Below, piece after piece: positions 26,091-40,320 of a stretch of DNA of 64,000 bases. The translations under genes were made by a program, and so were the position numbers. Origin of the DNA: Eledone cirrhosa (taxonomy: Eukaryota); contig OZ024741.1 of NCBI GenBank assembly GCA_964016885.1, positions 247,318,001 to 247,382,000 of the forward strand, given 5' to 3'. The notes under the pieces were generated by a model, which worked only from the letters and a program-made list of their open reading frames with translations, was not told the origin of the DNA and did not search any database. The number at the start of each line of letters is the position of its first letter. The stretch's first letter is position 1.

Positions 26091-29000
26091 CTCCCCTTGA
26101 AGGGCTGAAAATTATCTCCCCTTGGACGGCTGGAAATTATCTCCCCTTGATTTTTTTTACAAATTATCTCCCCCTGATTTTTTTTTACAAATTATCTCCC
26201 CCTGATTTTTTTTACAAATTATCTCCCCCTGATTTTTTTTTACAAATTATCTGCCGCTGATTTTTTTTACAAATTATCTCCCCCTGATTTTTTTACAAAT
26301 TATCTCCCCTTGGCTGGCTGGAAATTACCTCCCCTTGGAGGCTGGAATTTATCTCCCCTTGGACGGCTAGAAATTACCTCTCCTTGGACGGCTGGAAAAT
26401 ATGTCTCCTTGGACGGCTGGATATTATCTCCCCTTGGACGGCTGGAAATTATCTCCCCTTGGACGGCTGGAAATTATCTCCCCTTGGACGGATAGATATT
26501 ACCTCCCCTTGGACGGCTGGAAATTATCTCCCCTTGGACGGCTGGAAATTATCTCCCCATGGACGGCTGGAAATTATCTCCCCTTGGACGGCTAGAAATT
26601 ATCTCTCCTTGGACGGCTGAAAATTATCTCCCCTTGGACGGCTGGAAATTATCTCCCGTTGGACGGCTGGAAATTATCTCGCCTTGGACGGCTAGAATTT
26701 ACCTCTCCTTGGACGGCTGAAAATTATCTCCCCTTGGACGGCTGGAAATTATCTCCCCTTGATTTTTTTTACAAATTATCTCCCCCTGATTTTTTTTTAC
26801 AAATTATCTCCCCCTGATTTTTTTTTACAAATTATCTCCCCCTGATTTTTTTTTACAAATTATCTCCCCCTGATTTTTTTTACAAATTATCTCCCCCCTG
26901 ATTTTTTAACAAATTATCTCCCCTTGGCTGGCTGGAAATTATCTCCCCTTGGAGGCTGGAACTTATCTCCCCTTGGACGGCTAGAAATTACCTCTCCTTG
27001 GACGGCTGGAAAATATGTCTCCTTGGACGGCTGGATATTATCTCCCCTTGGACGGCTGGAAATTATCTCCCCTTGGACGGCTGGAAATTATCTCCTCTTG
27101 GATGGCTAGATATTACCTCCCCTTGGACGGCTGGAAATTATCTCCCTTTGATTTTTTTTACAAATTATCTCCCCCTGATTTTTTTTTACAAATTATCTCC
27201 CCCTGATTTTTTTTTACAAATTATCTACCCCTGATTTTTTTTTACAAATTATCTCCCCCTGATTTTTTTTACAAATTATCTCCCCCTGATTTTTTTTTAC
27301 AAATTATCTCCCCCTGATTTTTTTACAAATTATCTCCCCCTGATTTTTTTTACAAATTATCTCCGCCTGATTTTTTTAAATATTATCTCTCCTTGGCTGG
27401 CGGGAAATTATCTCCCCTTGGACGGCTGGAAATTATCTCCCCTTGGAAGGATTGAAATTATCTCCCCTTGGACGGCTGGAAATTATCTACCCCTGATTTT
27501 TTTTACAAATTATCTCCCCCTGATTTTTTTTACAAATTATCTCCCCCTGATTTTTTTTACAAATTATCTACCCCTGATTTTTTTTACAAATTATCTCCCC
27601 CTGATTTTTTTTACAAATTATCTCCCCCTGATTTTTTTTTTACAAATTATCTCACCCTGATTTTTTTACAAATTATCTCCCCCTGATTTTTTTTACAAAT
27701 TATCTCCGCCTGATTTTTTTAAATATTATCTTCCCTTGGCTGGCGAGAAATTATCTCCCCTTGAAGGGCTGAAAATTATCTCCCCTTGGACGGCTGGAAA
27801 TTATCTCCCCTTGATTTTTTTTACAAATTATCTCCCCCTGATTTTTTTTTACAAATTATCTCCCCCTGATTTTTTTTACAAATTATCTCCCCCTGATTTT
27901 TTTTTACAAATTATCTGCCGCTGATTTTTTTTACAAATTATCTCCCCCTGATTTTTTTACAAATTATCTCCCCTTGGCTGGCTGGAAATTACCTCCCCTT
28001 GGAGGCTGGAATTTATCTCCCCTTGGACGGCTAGAAATTACCTCTCCTTGGACGGCTGGAAAATATGTCTCCTTGGACGGCTGGATATTATCTCCCCTTG
28101 GACGGCTGGAAATTATCTCCCCTTGGACGGCTGGAAATTATCTCCCCTTGGACGGATAGATATTACCTCCCCTTGGACGGCTGGAAATTATCTCCCCTTG
28201 GACGGCTGGAAATTATCTCCCCATGGACGGCTGGAAATTATCTCCCCTTGGACGGCTAGAAATTATCTCTCCTTGGACGGCTGAAAATTATCTCCCCTTG
28301 GACGGCTGGAAATTATCTCCCGTTGGACGGCTGGAAATTATCTCGCCTTGGACGGCTAGAATTTACCTCTCCTTGGACGGCTGAAAATTATCTCCCCTTG
28401 GACGGCTGGAAATTATCTCCCCTTGATTTTTTTTACAAATTATCTCCCCCTGATTTTTTTTTACAAATTATCTCCCCCTGATTTTTTTTTACAAATTATC
28501 TCCCCCTGATTTTTTTTTACAAATTATCTCCCCCTGATTTTTTTTACAAATTATCTCCCCCCTGATTTTTTAACAAATTATCTCCCCTTGGCTGGCTGGA
28601 AATTATCTCCCCTTGGAGGCTGGAACTTATCTCCCCTTGGACGGCTAGAAATTACCTCTCCTTGGACGGCTGGAAAATATGTCTCCTTGGACGGCTGGAT
28701 ATTATCTCCCCTTGGACGGCTGGAAATTATCTCCCCTTGGACGGCTGGAAATTATCTCCTCTTGGATGGCTAGATATTACCTCCCCTTGGACGGCTGGAA
28801 ATTATCTCCCTTTGATTTTTTTTACAAATTATCTCCCCCTGATTTTTTTTTACAAATTATCTCCCCCTGATTTTTTTTTACAAATTATCTACCCCTGATT
28901 TTTTTTTACAAATTATCTCCCCCTGATTTTTTTTACAAATTATCTCCCCCTGATTTTTTTTTACAAATTATCTCCCCCTGATTTTTTTACAAATTATCTC

Positions 29001-30530
29001 CCCCTGATTTTTTTTACAAATTATCTCCGCCTGATTTTTTTAAATATTATCTCTCCTTGGCTGGCGGGAAATTATCTCCCCTTGGACGGCTGGAAATTAT
29101 CTCCCCTTGGAAGGATTGAAATTATCTCCCCTTGGACGGCTGGAAATTATCTACCCCTGATTTTTTTTACAAATTATCTCCCCCTGATTTTTTTTACAAA
29201 TTATCTCCCCCTGATTTTTTTTACAAATTATCTACCCCTGATTTTTTTTACAAATTATCTCCCCCTGATTTTTTTTACAAATTATCTCCCCCTGATTTTT
29301 TTTTTACAAATTATCTCACCCTGATTTTTTTACAAATTATCTCCCCCTGATTTTTTTTACAAATTATCTCCGCCTGATTTTTTTAAATATTATCTTCCCT
29401 TGGCTGGCGAGAAATTATCTCCCCTTGAAGGGCTGAAAATTATCTCCCCTTGGACGGCTGGAAATTATCTCCCCTTGAATTTTTTTAAAAATTATCTCCC
29501 CCTGATTTTTTTTTACAAATTATCTCCCCCTGATTTTTTTTACAAATTATCTCCCCCTGATTTTTTTTTACAAATTATCTGCCGCTGATTTTTTTTACAA
29601 ATTATCTCCCCCTGATTTTTTTACAAATTATCTCCCCTTGGCTGGCTGGAAATTACCTCCCCTTGGAGGCTGGAATTTATCTCCCCTTGGACGGCTAGAA
29701 ATTACCTCTCCTTGGACGGCTGGAAAATATGTCTCCTTGGACGGCTGGATATTATCTCCCCTTGGACGGCTGGAAATTATCTCCCCTTGGACGGCTGGAA
29801 ATTATCTCCCCTTGGACGGATAGATATTACCTCCCCTTGGACGGCTGGAAATTATCTCCCCTTGGACGGCTGGAAATTATCTCCCCATGGACGGCTGGAA
29901 ATTATCTCCCCTTGGACGGCTAGAAATTATCTCTCCTTGGACGGCTGAAAATTATCTCCCCTTGGACGGCTGGAAATTATCTCCCGTTGGACGGCTGGAA
30001 ATTATCTCGCCTTGGACGGCTAGAATTTACCTCTCCTTGGACGGCTGAAAATTATCTCCCCTTGGACGGCTGGAAATTATCTCCCCTTGATTTTTTTTAC
30101 AAATTATCTCCCCCTGATTTTTTTTTACAAATTATCTCCCCCTGATTTTTTTTTAGAAATTATCTCCCCCTGATTTTTTTTTACAAATTATCTCCCCCTG
30201 ATTTTTTTTACAAATTATCTCCCCCCTGATTTTTTAACAAATTATCTCCCCTTGGCTGGCTGGAAATTATCTCCCCTTGGAGGCTGGAACTTATCTCCCC
30301 TTGGACGGCTAGAAATTACCTCTCCTTGGACGGCTGGAAAATATGTCTCCTTGGACGGCTGGATATTATCTCCCCTTGGACGGCTGGAAATTATCTCCCC
30401 TTGGACGGCTGGAAATTATCTCCCCTTGGATGGCTAGATATTACCTCCCCTTGGACGGCTGGAAATTATCTTCCTTTGATTTTTTTTACAAATTATCTCC
30501 CCCTGATTTTTTTTTACAAATTATCTCCCC
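25550..30530. repeat. Higher-order tandem triplication, period 1,664 bp
   Basis: Landmarks 26072/27736/29400, 26310/27974/29638 and 26924/28588/30252, all 1,664 apart. Confidence 0.92.
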
Positions 30531-32430
30531 CTGATTTTTTTTTACAAATTATCTCCCCCTGATTTTTGTTTACAAATTATCTCCGCCTGATCTTTTTTTA
30601 AAAATTATCTCCCCTTGGACGGCTGGAAATTATCTCCCCTTGGACGGCTAGAAATTACCTCTCCTTGGACGGCTGAAAATTATCTCCCCTTGGACGGCTG
30701 GAAATTATCTCCCCTTGATTTTTTTACAAATTATCTCCCCCTGATTTTTTTTTTACAAATTATCTCCCCCTGATTTTTTTTTACAAATTATCTACCCCTG
30801 ATTTTTTTTTACAAATTATCTCCCCCTGATTTTTTTTACAAATTATCTCCCCCTGATTTTTTTTTACAAATTATCTCCCCCTGATTTTTTTACAAATTAT
30901 CTCCCCCTGATTTTTTTTACAAATTATCTCCGCCTGATTTTTTTAAATATTATCTCTCCTTGGCTGGCGGGAAATTATCTCCCCTTGGACGGCTGGAAAT
31001 TATCTCCCCTTGGAAGGATGGAAATTATCTCCCCTTGGACGGCTAGAAATTATCTCTCTTTGGACGGCTGGAAATTATCACCCCTTGAGTTTTTTACAAA
31101 TTATCTCCCCCTGATTTTTTTTACAAATCTCCCAGTGATTTTTAAAAAAAAATTATCTCCCCTTCGCTGGCTGGAAATTATCTCCCCTTGGACGCTGGAA
31201 ATTATAGCCCCTTGGAGGGCTTGAAATTATCTTCCCTTGGACGGCTGGAAATTATCTCCCCTTGATTTTTTTTTACAAATTATCTCCCCCTGATTTTTTT
31301 TACAAATTATCTCCCCCTGATTTTTTTTTACAACTTATCTGCGCCAGATTTTTTTAAAAAAATTATCTCCCCTTGGACGGCTGGAAATTATCTCCCCTTG
31401 GACGGCTGGAAATTATCTCTCCTTGGACGGCTAGAATTTACCTCTCCTTGGACGGCTGAAAATTATCTCCCCTTGGACGGCTGGAAATTATCTCCCCTTG
31501 ATTTTTTTTACAAATTATCTCCCCCTGATTTTTTTTTACGAATTATCTCCCCCTAATTTTTTTTTACAAATTATCTCCCCCTGATTTTTTTTTACAAATT
31601 ATCTCCCCCTGATTTTTTTTACAAATTATCTCCCTCTGATTTTTTTACAAATTATCTCCCCTTGGCTGGCTGGAAATTATCTCCCCTAGGAGGCTGGAAC
31701 GTATCTCCCCTTGGACGGCTAGAAATTACCTCTCTTTGGACGGCTGGAAAATATGTCTCCTTGGACGGCTGGATATTATCTCTCCTTGGACGGCTGGAAA
31801 TTATCTCCCCTTGGACGGCTGGAAATTATCTCCCCTTGGATGGCTAGATATTACCTCCCCTTGGACGGCTGGAAATTATCTCCCCTTGATTTTTTTTTAC
31901 AAATTATCTCCCCCTGATTTTTTTTTACAAATTATCTCCCCCGATTTTTTTTTACAAATTATCTCTCCCTGATTTTTTTTTACAAATTATCTCCCCCTGA
32001 TTTTTGTTTACAAATTATCTCCCCTTGGACGGCTGGAAATTATCTCCCCTTGGACGGCTAGAAATTACCTCTCCTTGGACGGCTGAAAATTATCCTCCCT
32101 TGGACGGCTGGAAATTATCTCCCCTTGATTTTTTTACAAATTATCTCCCCCTGATTTTTTTTTTACAAATTATCTCACCCTGATTTTTTTTACAAATTAT
32201 CTACCCCTGATTTTTTTTTACAAATTATCTCCCCCTGATTTTTTTTACAAATTATCTCCCACTGATTTTTTTTTTACAAATTATCTCCCCCTGATTTTTT
32301 TACAAATTATCTCCCCCTGATTTTTTTTACAAATTATATCCGCCTGATTTTTTTAAATATTATCTCTCCTTGGCTGGCGGGAAATTATCTCCCCTTGGAC
32401 GGCTGGAAATTATCTCTCCTTGGAAGGATG

Positions 32431-35400
32431 GAAATTATCTCCCCTTGGACGGCTGGAAATTATCTACCCCTGATTTTTTTTACAAATTATCTCCCCCTGA
32501 TTTTTTTTACAAATTATCTCCCCCTGATTTTTTTTTTACAAATTATCTCCCCCTGATTTTTTTACAAATTATCTCACCCGGATTTTTTTTACAAATTATC
32601 TCCGCCTGATTTTTTAAAATATTATCTTACCTTGGCTGGCGGGAAATTATCTCCCCTTGGACGGCTGAAAATTATCTCCCCTTGGACGGCTGGAAATTAT
32701 CTCCCCTTGATTTTTTTTACAAATTATCTCCCCCTGATTTTTTTTTACAAATTATCTCCCCCTGATTTTAAAAAAAAAATTATCTCCCCTTCGCTGGCTG
32801 GAAATTATCTCCCCTTGGACGCTGGAAATTATAGCCCCTTGGAGGGCTGGAAATTATCTTCCCTTGGACGGCTGGAAATTATCTCCCCTTGATTTTTTTT
32901 TACAAATTATCTCCCCCTGATTTTTTTTTACAAATTATCTCCCCCTGATTTTTTTTTACAAATTATCTCCCCCTGATTTTTTTTTTACAAATTATCTCCG
33001 CCTGATTTTTTTTTTTAAATTATCTACCCTTGGACGGCTGGAAATTATCTCCCCTTGGACGGCTGGAAATTATCTCCCCTTGGACGGCTAGAAATTATCT
33101 CTCCTAGGACGGCTGAAAATTATCTCCCCTTGGACGGCTGCAAATTATCTCCCCTTGATTTTTTTTACAAATTATCTCCCCCTGATTTTTTTTACAAATT
33201 ATCTCCCCCTGATTTTTTTTACAAATTATCTACCCCTGATTTTTTTTACAAATTATCTCCCCCTGATTTTTTTTTACAAATTATCTCCCTCTGATTTTTT
33301 TTTACAAATTATCTCCCCCTGATTTTTTTTTACAAATTATCTCCCCCTGATTTTTTTACAAATTATCTCCCCCTGATTTTTTTTACAATCTCCGCCTGAT
33401 TTTTTTAAAAATTATCTTCCCTTGGCTGGCGGGAAATTATCTCCCCTTGGACGGCTGGAAATTATCTCCCCTTGGAAGGATGGAAATTATCTGCCCTTGG
33501 ACGGCTGGAAATTATCTCCCCTTGCACGGCTGGAAATTATCTCCCCTTGGCTGGAAATTATCTCCCCTTGGACGGCTAGAAATTATCTCTCTTTGGACGG
33601 CTGGAAATTATCTCCCTTTGATTTTTTTTACAAATTATCTCCCTCTGATTTTTTTTACAAATCTCCCCCTGATTTTTTAAAAAAAATTATCTCCCCTTCG
33701 CTGGCTGGAAATTATCTCCCCTTGGACACTGGAAATTATAGCCCCTTGGAGGGCTGGAAATTATCTTCTCTTGGACGGCTGGAAATTATCTCCCCTTGAT
33801 TTTTTTTACAAATTATCTCCGCCTGATTTTTTTTTAAAATTATCTCTCCTTGGACGGCTGGAAATTATCTCCCCTTGATTTTTTTTACAAATTATCTCCC
33901 CCTGATTTTTTTTACAAATTATCTCCCACTGATTTTTTTTTACAAATTATCTACCCCTGATTTTTTTTTACAAATTATCTCCCCCTGATTTTTTTTACAA
34001 ATTATCTCACCCTGATTTTTCTTTTACAAATTATCTCCCCCTGATTTTTTTACAAATTATCTCCCCCTGATTTTTTTTACAAATTATCTCCGCCTGATTT
34101 TTTTAAATATTATCTTTCCTTGGCTGGCGGGAAATTATCTCCCCTTGGACGGCTGGAAATTATCTGCCCTTGATTTTCTTTTTACAAAATATCTTCCACT
34201 GATTTTTTTTACAAATTATCTCCACCTGATTTTTTAAAAAATTATCTCCCCTTGGAAGGCTGGAAATTATCTCCCCTTGGCTGGAAATTATCTCCCCTTG
34301 GAAGGCTAGAAATTATCTCTCTTTGGACGGCTGGAAATTATCACCCCTTGAGTTTTTTTACAAATTATCTCCCCCTGATTTTTTTTACAAATCTCCCAGT
34401 GATATTTAAAAAAAAATTATCTCCCCTTCGCTGGCTGGAAATTATCTCCCCTTGGACGCTGGAAATTATAGCCCCTTGGAGGGCTGGAAATTATCTTCCC
34501 TTGGACGGCTGGAAATTATCTCCCCTTGATTTTTTTTACAAATTATCTCCCCCTGATTTTTTTTACAAATTATCTCCCCCTGATTTTTTTGACAACTTAT
34601 CTGCGCCTGATTTTTTTTTAAAAATTATCTCCCCTTGGACGGCTGGAAATTATCTCCCCTTGGACGGCTGGAAATTATCTCTCCTTGGACGGCTAGAATT
34701 TACCTCTCCTTGGACGGCTGAAAATTATCTCCCCTTGGACGGCTGGAAATTACCTCCCCTTGATTTTTTTACAAATTATCTCCCCCTGATTTTTTTTTAC
34801 AAATTATCTCCCCCTGATTTTTGTTTACAAATTATCTCCCCTTGGACGGCTGGAAATTATCTCCCCTTGGACGGCTAGAAATTACCTCTCCTTGGACGGC
34901 TGAAAATTATCTCCCCTTGGACGGCTGGAAATTATCTCCCCTTGATTTTTTTACAAATTATCTCCCCCTGATTTTTTTTTTACAAATTATCTCAGCCTGA
35001 TTTTTTTTACAAATTATCTACCCCTGATTTTTTTTTACAAATTATCTCCCCCTGATTTTTTTTACAAATTATCTCCCCCTGATTTTTTTTTTACAAATTA
35101 TCTCCCCCTGATTATTTTACAAATTATCTCACCCTGATTTTTTTTACAAATTATCTCCGCCTGATTTTTTTAAATATTATCTCTCCTTGGCTGGCGGGAA
35201 ATTATCTCCACTTGGACGGCTGGAAATTATCTCCCCTTGGAAGGATGGAAATTATCTCCCCTTGGACGGCTGGAAATTATCTACCCCTGATTTTTTTTAC
35301 AAATTATCTCCCCCTGATTTATTTTACAAATTATCTCCCCCTGATTTTTTTTTTAAAAATTATCTCCCCCTGATTTTTTTACAAATTATCTCCCCCTGAT

Positions 35401-38400
35401 TTTTTTTACAAATTATCTCCGCCTGATTTTTTTAAATATTATCTTACCTTGGCTGGCGGGAAATTATCTCCCCTTGGACGGCTGAAAATTATCTCCCCTT
35501 GGACGGCTGGAAATTATCTCCCCCTGATTTTTTTTACAAATTATCTCCCCCTGATTTTTTTTTTACAAATTATCTCCGCCTGATTTTTTTTAAAAAATTA
35601 TCTCCCCTTGGACGGCTGGAAATTATCTCCCCTTGGACGGCTGGAAATTATCTCCCCTTGGACGGCTAGAAATTATCTCTCCTTGGACGGCTGAAAATTA
35701 TCTCCCCTTGGACGGCTGCAAATTATCTCCCCTTGATTTTTTTTACAAATTATCTCCCCCTGATTTTTTTTACAAATTATCTCCCCCTGATTTTTTTTAC
35801 AAATTATCTACACCTGATTTTTTTTACAAATTATCTCCCCCTGATTTTTTTTTACAAATTATCACCCTCTGATTTTTTTTTACAAATTATCTCCCCCTGA
35901 TTTTTTTTTTACAAATTATCTCCCCCTGATTTTTTTACAAATTATCTCCCCCTGATTTTTTTTACAATCTCCGCCTGATTTTTTTAAAAATTATCTTCTC
36001 TTGGCTGGCTGGAAATTATCTCCCCTTGGACACTGGAAATTATAGCCACTTGGAGGGCTGGAAATTATCTTCCCTTGGACGGCTGGAAATTATCACCCCT
36101 TGATTTTTTTTACAAATTATCTCCGCCTGATTTTTTTTTACAAATTATCTCCCCCTGATTTTTTTTTACAAATTATCTAACCCTGATTTTTTTTTACAAA
36201 TTATCTCCCCCTGATTTTTTTTACAAATTATCTCCCCCTGATTTCTCTTTTACAAATTATCTCCCCCTGATTTTTTTACAAATTATCTCCCCCTGATTTT
36301 TTTTACAAATTATCTCCGCCTGATTTTTTTAAATATTATCTTCCCTTGGCTGGCGGGAAATTATCTCCCCTTGGACGGCTGGAAATTATCTACCCCTGAT
36401 TTTTTTTACAAATTATCTCCCCCTGATTTTTTTTACAAATTATCTCCCCCTGATTTTTTTTTTACAAATTATCTCCCCCTGATTTTTTTACAAATTATCT
36501 CACCCGGATTTTTTTTACAAATTATCTCCGCCTGATTTTTTAAAATATTATCTTACCTTGGCTGGCGGGAAATTATCTCCCCTTGGACGGCTGAAAATTA
36601 TCTCCCCTTGGACGGCTGGAAATTATCTCCCCTTGATTTTTTTTACAAATTATCTCCCCCTGATTTTTTTTTACAAATTATCTCCCCCTGATTTTAAAAA
36701 AAAAATTATCTCCCCTTCGCTGGCTGGAAATTATCTCCCCTTGGACGCTGGAAATTATAGCCCCTTGGAGGGCTGGAAATTATCTTCCCTTGGACGGCTG
36801 GAAATTATCTCCCCTTGATTTTTTTTTACAAATTATCTCCCCCTGATTTTTTTTTACAAATTATCTCCCCCTGATTTTTTTTTACAAATTATCTCCCCCT
36901 GATTTTTTTTTTACAAATTATCTCCGCCTGATTTTTTTTTTTAAATTATCTACCCTTGGACGGCTGGAAATTATCTCCCCTTGGACGGCTGGAAATTATC
37001 TCCCCTTGGACGGCTAGAAATTATCTCTCCTAGGACGGCTGAAAATTATCTCCCCTTGGACGGCTGCAAATTATCTCCCCTTGATTTTTTTTACAAATTA
37101 TCTCCCCCTGATTTTTTTTACAAATTATCTCCCCCTGATTTTTTTTACAAATTATCTACCCCTGATTTTTTTTACAAATTATCTCCCCCTGATTTTTTTT
37201 TACAAATTATCTCCCTCTGATTTTTTTTTACAAATTATCTCCCCCTGATTTTTTTTTACAAATTATCTCCCCCTGATTTTTTTACAAATTATCTCCCCCT
37301 GATTTTTTTTACAATCTCCGCCTGATTTTTTTAAAAATTATCTTCCCTTGGCTGGCGGGAAATTATCTCCCCTTGGACGGCTGGAAATTATCTCCCCTTG
37401 GAAGGATGGAAATTATCTGCCCTTGGACGGCTGGAAATTATCTCCCCTTGCACGGCTGGAAATTATCTCCCCTTGGCTGGAAATTATCTCCCCTTGGACG
37501 GCTAGAAATTATCTCTCTTTGGACGGCTGGAAATTATCTCCCTTTGATTTTTTTTACAAATTATCTCCCTCTGATTTTTTTTACAAATCTCCCCCTGATT
37601 TTTTAAAAAAAATTATCTCCCCTTCGCTGGCTGGAAATTATCTCCCCTTGGACACTGGAAATTATAGCCCCTTGGAGGGCTGGAAATTATCTTCTCTTGG
37701 ACGGCTGGAAATTATCTCCCCTTGATTTTTTTTACAAATTATCTCCGCCTGATTTTTTTTTAAAATTATCTCTCCTTGGACGGCAGGAAATTATCTCCCC
37801 TTGATTTTTTTTACAAATTATCTCCCCCTGATTTTTTTTACAAATTATCTCCCACTGATTTTTTTTTACAAATTATCTACCCCTGATTTTTTTTTACAAA
37901 TTATCTCCCCCTGATTTTTTTTACAAATTATCTCACCCTGATTTTTCTTTTACAAATTATCTCCCCCTGATTTTTTTACAAATTATCTCCCCCTGATTTT
38001 TTTTACAAATTATCTCCGCCTGATTTTTTTAAATATTATCTTTCCTTGGCTGGCGGGAAATTATCTCCCCTTGGACGGCTGGAAATTATCTGCCCTTGAT
38101 TTTCTTTTTACAAAATATCTTCCACTGATTTTTTTTACAAATTATCTCCACCTGATTTTTTAAAAAATTATCTCCCCTTGGAAGGCTGGAAATTATCTCC
38201 CCTTGGCTGGAAATTATCTCCCCTTGGAAGGCTAGAAATTATCTCTCTTTGGACGGCTGGAAATTATCACCCCTTGAGTTTTTTTACAAATTATCTCCCC
38301 CTGATTTTTTTTACAAATCTCCCAGTGATATTTAAAAAAAAATTATCTCCCCTTCGCTGGCTGGAAATTATCTCCCCTTGGACGCTGGAAATTATAGCCC

Positions 38401-40320
38401 CTTGGAGGGCTGGAAATTATCTTCCCTTGGACGGCTGGAAATTATCTCCCCTTGATTTTTTTTACAAATTATCTCCCCCTGATTTTTTTTACAAATTATC
38501 TCCCCCTGATTTTTTTGACAACTTATCTGCGCCTGATTTTTTTTAAAAAATTATCTCCCCTTGGACGGCTGGAAATTATCTCCCCTTGGACGGCTGGAAA
38601 TTATCTCTCCTTGGACGGCTAGAATTTACCTCTCCTTGGACGGCTGAAAATTATCTCCCCTTGGACGGCTGGAAATTACCTCCCCTTGATTTTTTTACAA
38701 ATTATCTCCCCCTGATTTTTTTTTACAAATTATCTCCCCCTGATTTTTGTTTACAAATTATCTCCCCTTGGACGGCTGGAAATTATCTCCCCTTGGACGG
38801 CTAGAAATTACCTCTCCTTGGACGGCTGAAAATTATCTCCCCTTGGACGGCTGGAAATTATCTCCCCTTGATTTTTTTACAAATTATCTCCCCCTGATTT
38901 TTTTTTTACAAATTATCTCAGCCTGATTTTTTTTACAAATTATCTACCCCTGATTTTTTTTTACAAATTATCTCCCCCTGATTTTTTTTACAAATTATCT
39001 CCCCCTGATTTTTTTTTTACAAATTATCTCCCCCTGATTATTTTACAAATTATCTCACCCTGATTTTTTTTACAAATTATCTCCGCCTGATTTTTTTAAA
39101 TATTATCTCTCCTTGGCTGGCGGGAAATTATCTCCACTTGGACGGCTGGAAATTATCTCCCCTTGGAAGGATGGAAATTATCTCCCCTTGGACGGCTGGA
39201 AATTATCTACCCCTGATTTTTTTTACAAATTATCTCCCCCTGATTTATTTTACAAATTATCTCCCCCTGATTTTTTTTTTAAAAATTATCTCCCCCTGAT
39301 TTTTTTACAAATTATCTCCCCCTGATTTTTTTTACAAATTATCTCCGCCTGATTTTTTTAAATATTATCTTACCTTGGCTGGCGGGAAATTATCTCCCCT
39401 TGGACGGCTGAAAATTATCTCCCCTTGGACGGCTGGAAATTATCTCCCCCTGATTTTTTTTACAAATTATCTCCCCCTGATTTTTTTTTTACAAATTATC
39501 TCCGCCTGATTTTTTTTAAAAAATTATCTCCCCTTGGACGGCTGGAAATTATCTCCCCTTGGACGGCTGGAAATTATCTCCCCTTGGACGGCTAGAAATT
39601 ATCTCTCCTTGGACGGCTGAAAATTATCTCCCCTTGGACGGCTGCAAATTATCTCCCCTTGATTTTTTTTACAAATTATCTCCCCCTGATTTTTTTTACA
39701 AATTATCTCCCCCTGATTTTTTTTACAAATTATCTACACCTGATTTTTTTTACAAATTATCTCCCCCTGATTTTTTTTTACAAATTATCACCCTCTGATT
39801 TTTTTTTACAAATTATCTCCCCCTGATTTTTTTTTTACAAATTATCTCCCCCTGATTTTTTTACAAATTATCTCCCCCTGATTTTTTTTACAATCTCCGC
39901 CTGATTTTTTTAAAAATTATCTTCTCTTGGCTGGCTGGAAATTATCTCCCCTTGGACACTGGAAATTATAGCCACTTGGAGGGCTGGAAATTATCTTCCC
40001 TTGGACGGCTGGAAATTATCACCCCTTGATTTTTTTTACAAATTATCTCCGCCTGATTTTTTTTTACAAATTATCTCCCCCTGATTTTTTTTTACAAATT
40101 ATCTAACCCTGATTTTTTTTTACAAATTATCTCCCCCTGATTTTTTTTACAAATTATCTCCCCCTGATTTCTCTTTTACAAATTATCTCCCCCTGATTTT
40201 TTTACAAATTATCTCCCCCTGATTTTTTTTACAAATTATCTCCGCCTGATTTTTTTAAATATTATCTTCCCTTGGCTGGCGGGAAATTATCTCCCCTTGG
40301 ACGGCTGGAAATTATCTACC
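32431..40320. repeat. Higher-order tandem duplication, period 3,926 bp (2 copies)
   Basis: Landmarks 32632/36558, 33055/36981, 33422/37348, 34252/38178, 35187/39113 and 35633/39559. Variants CTCACCCGGA, CTCCTAGGAC, GGCTGCAAATT, CTTGCACGG, GATATTTAAA, CTCAGCCTGA and CTACACCTGA. Confidence 0.95.

Noticed and set aside
34252-34878. Longest ORF, 208 aa (also 50153-50779)
   Set aside because: Chance run of frame-compatible T-tract lengths. The paralogue at 38178 is truncated to 122 aa by a single T/A change, and there is no recognisable domain.
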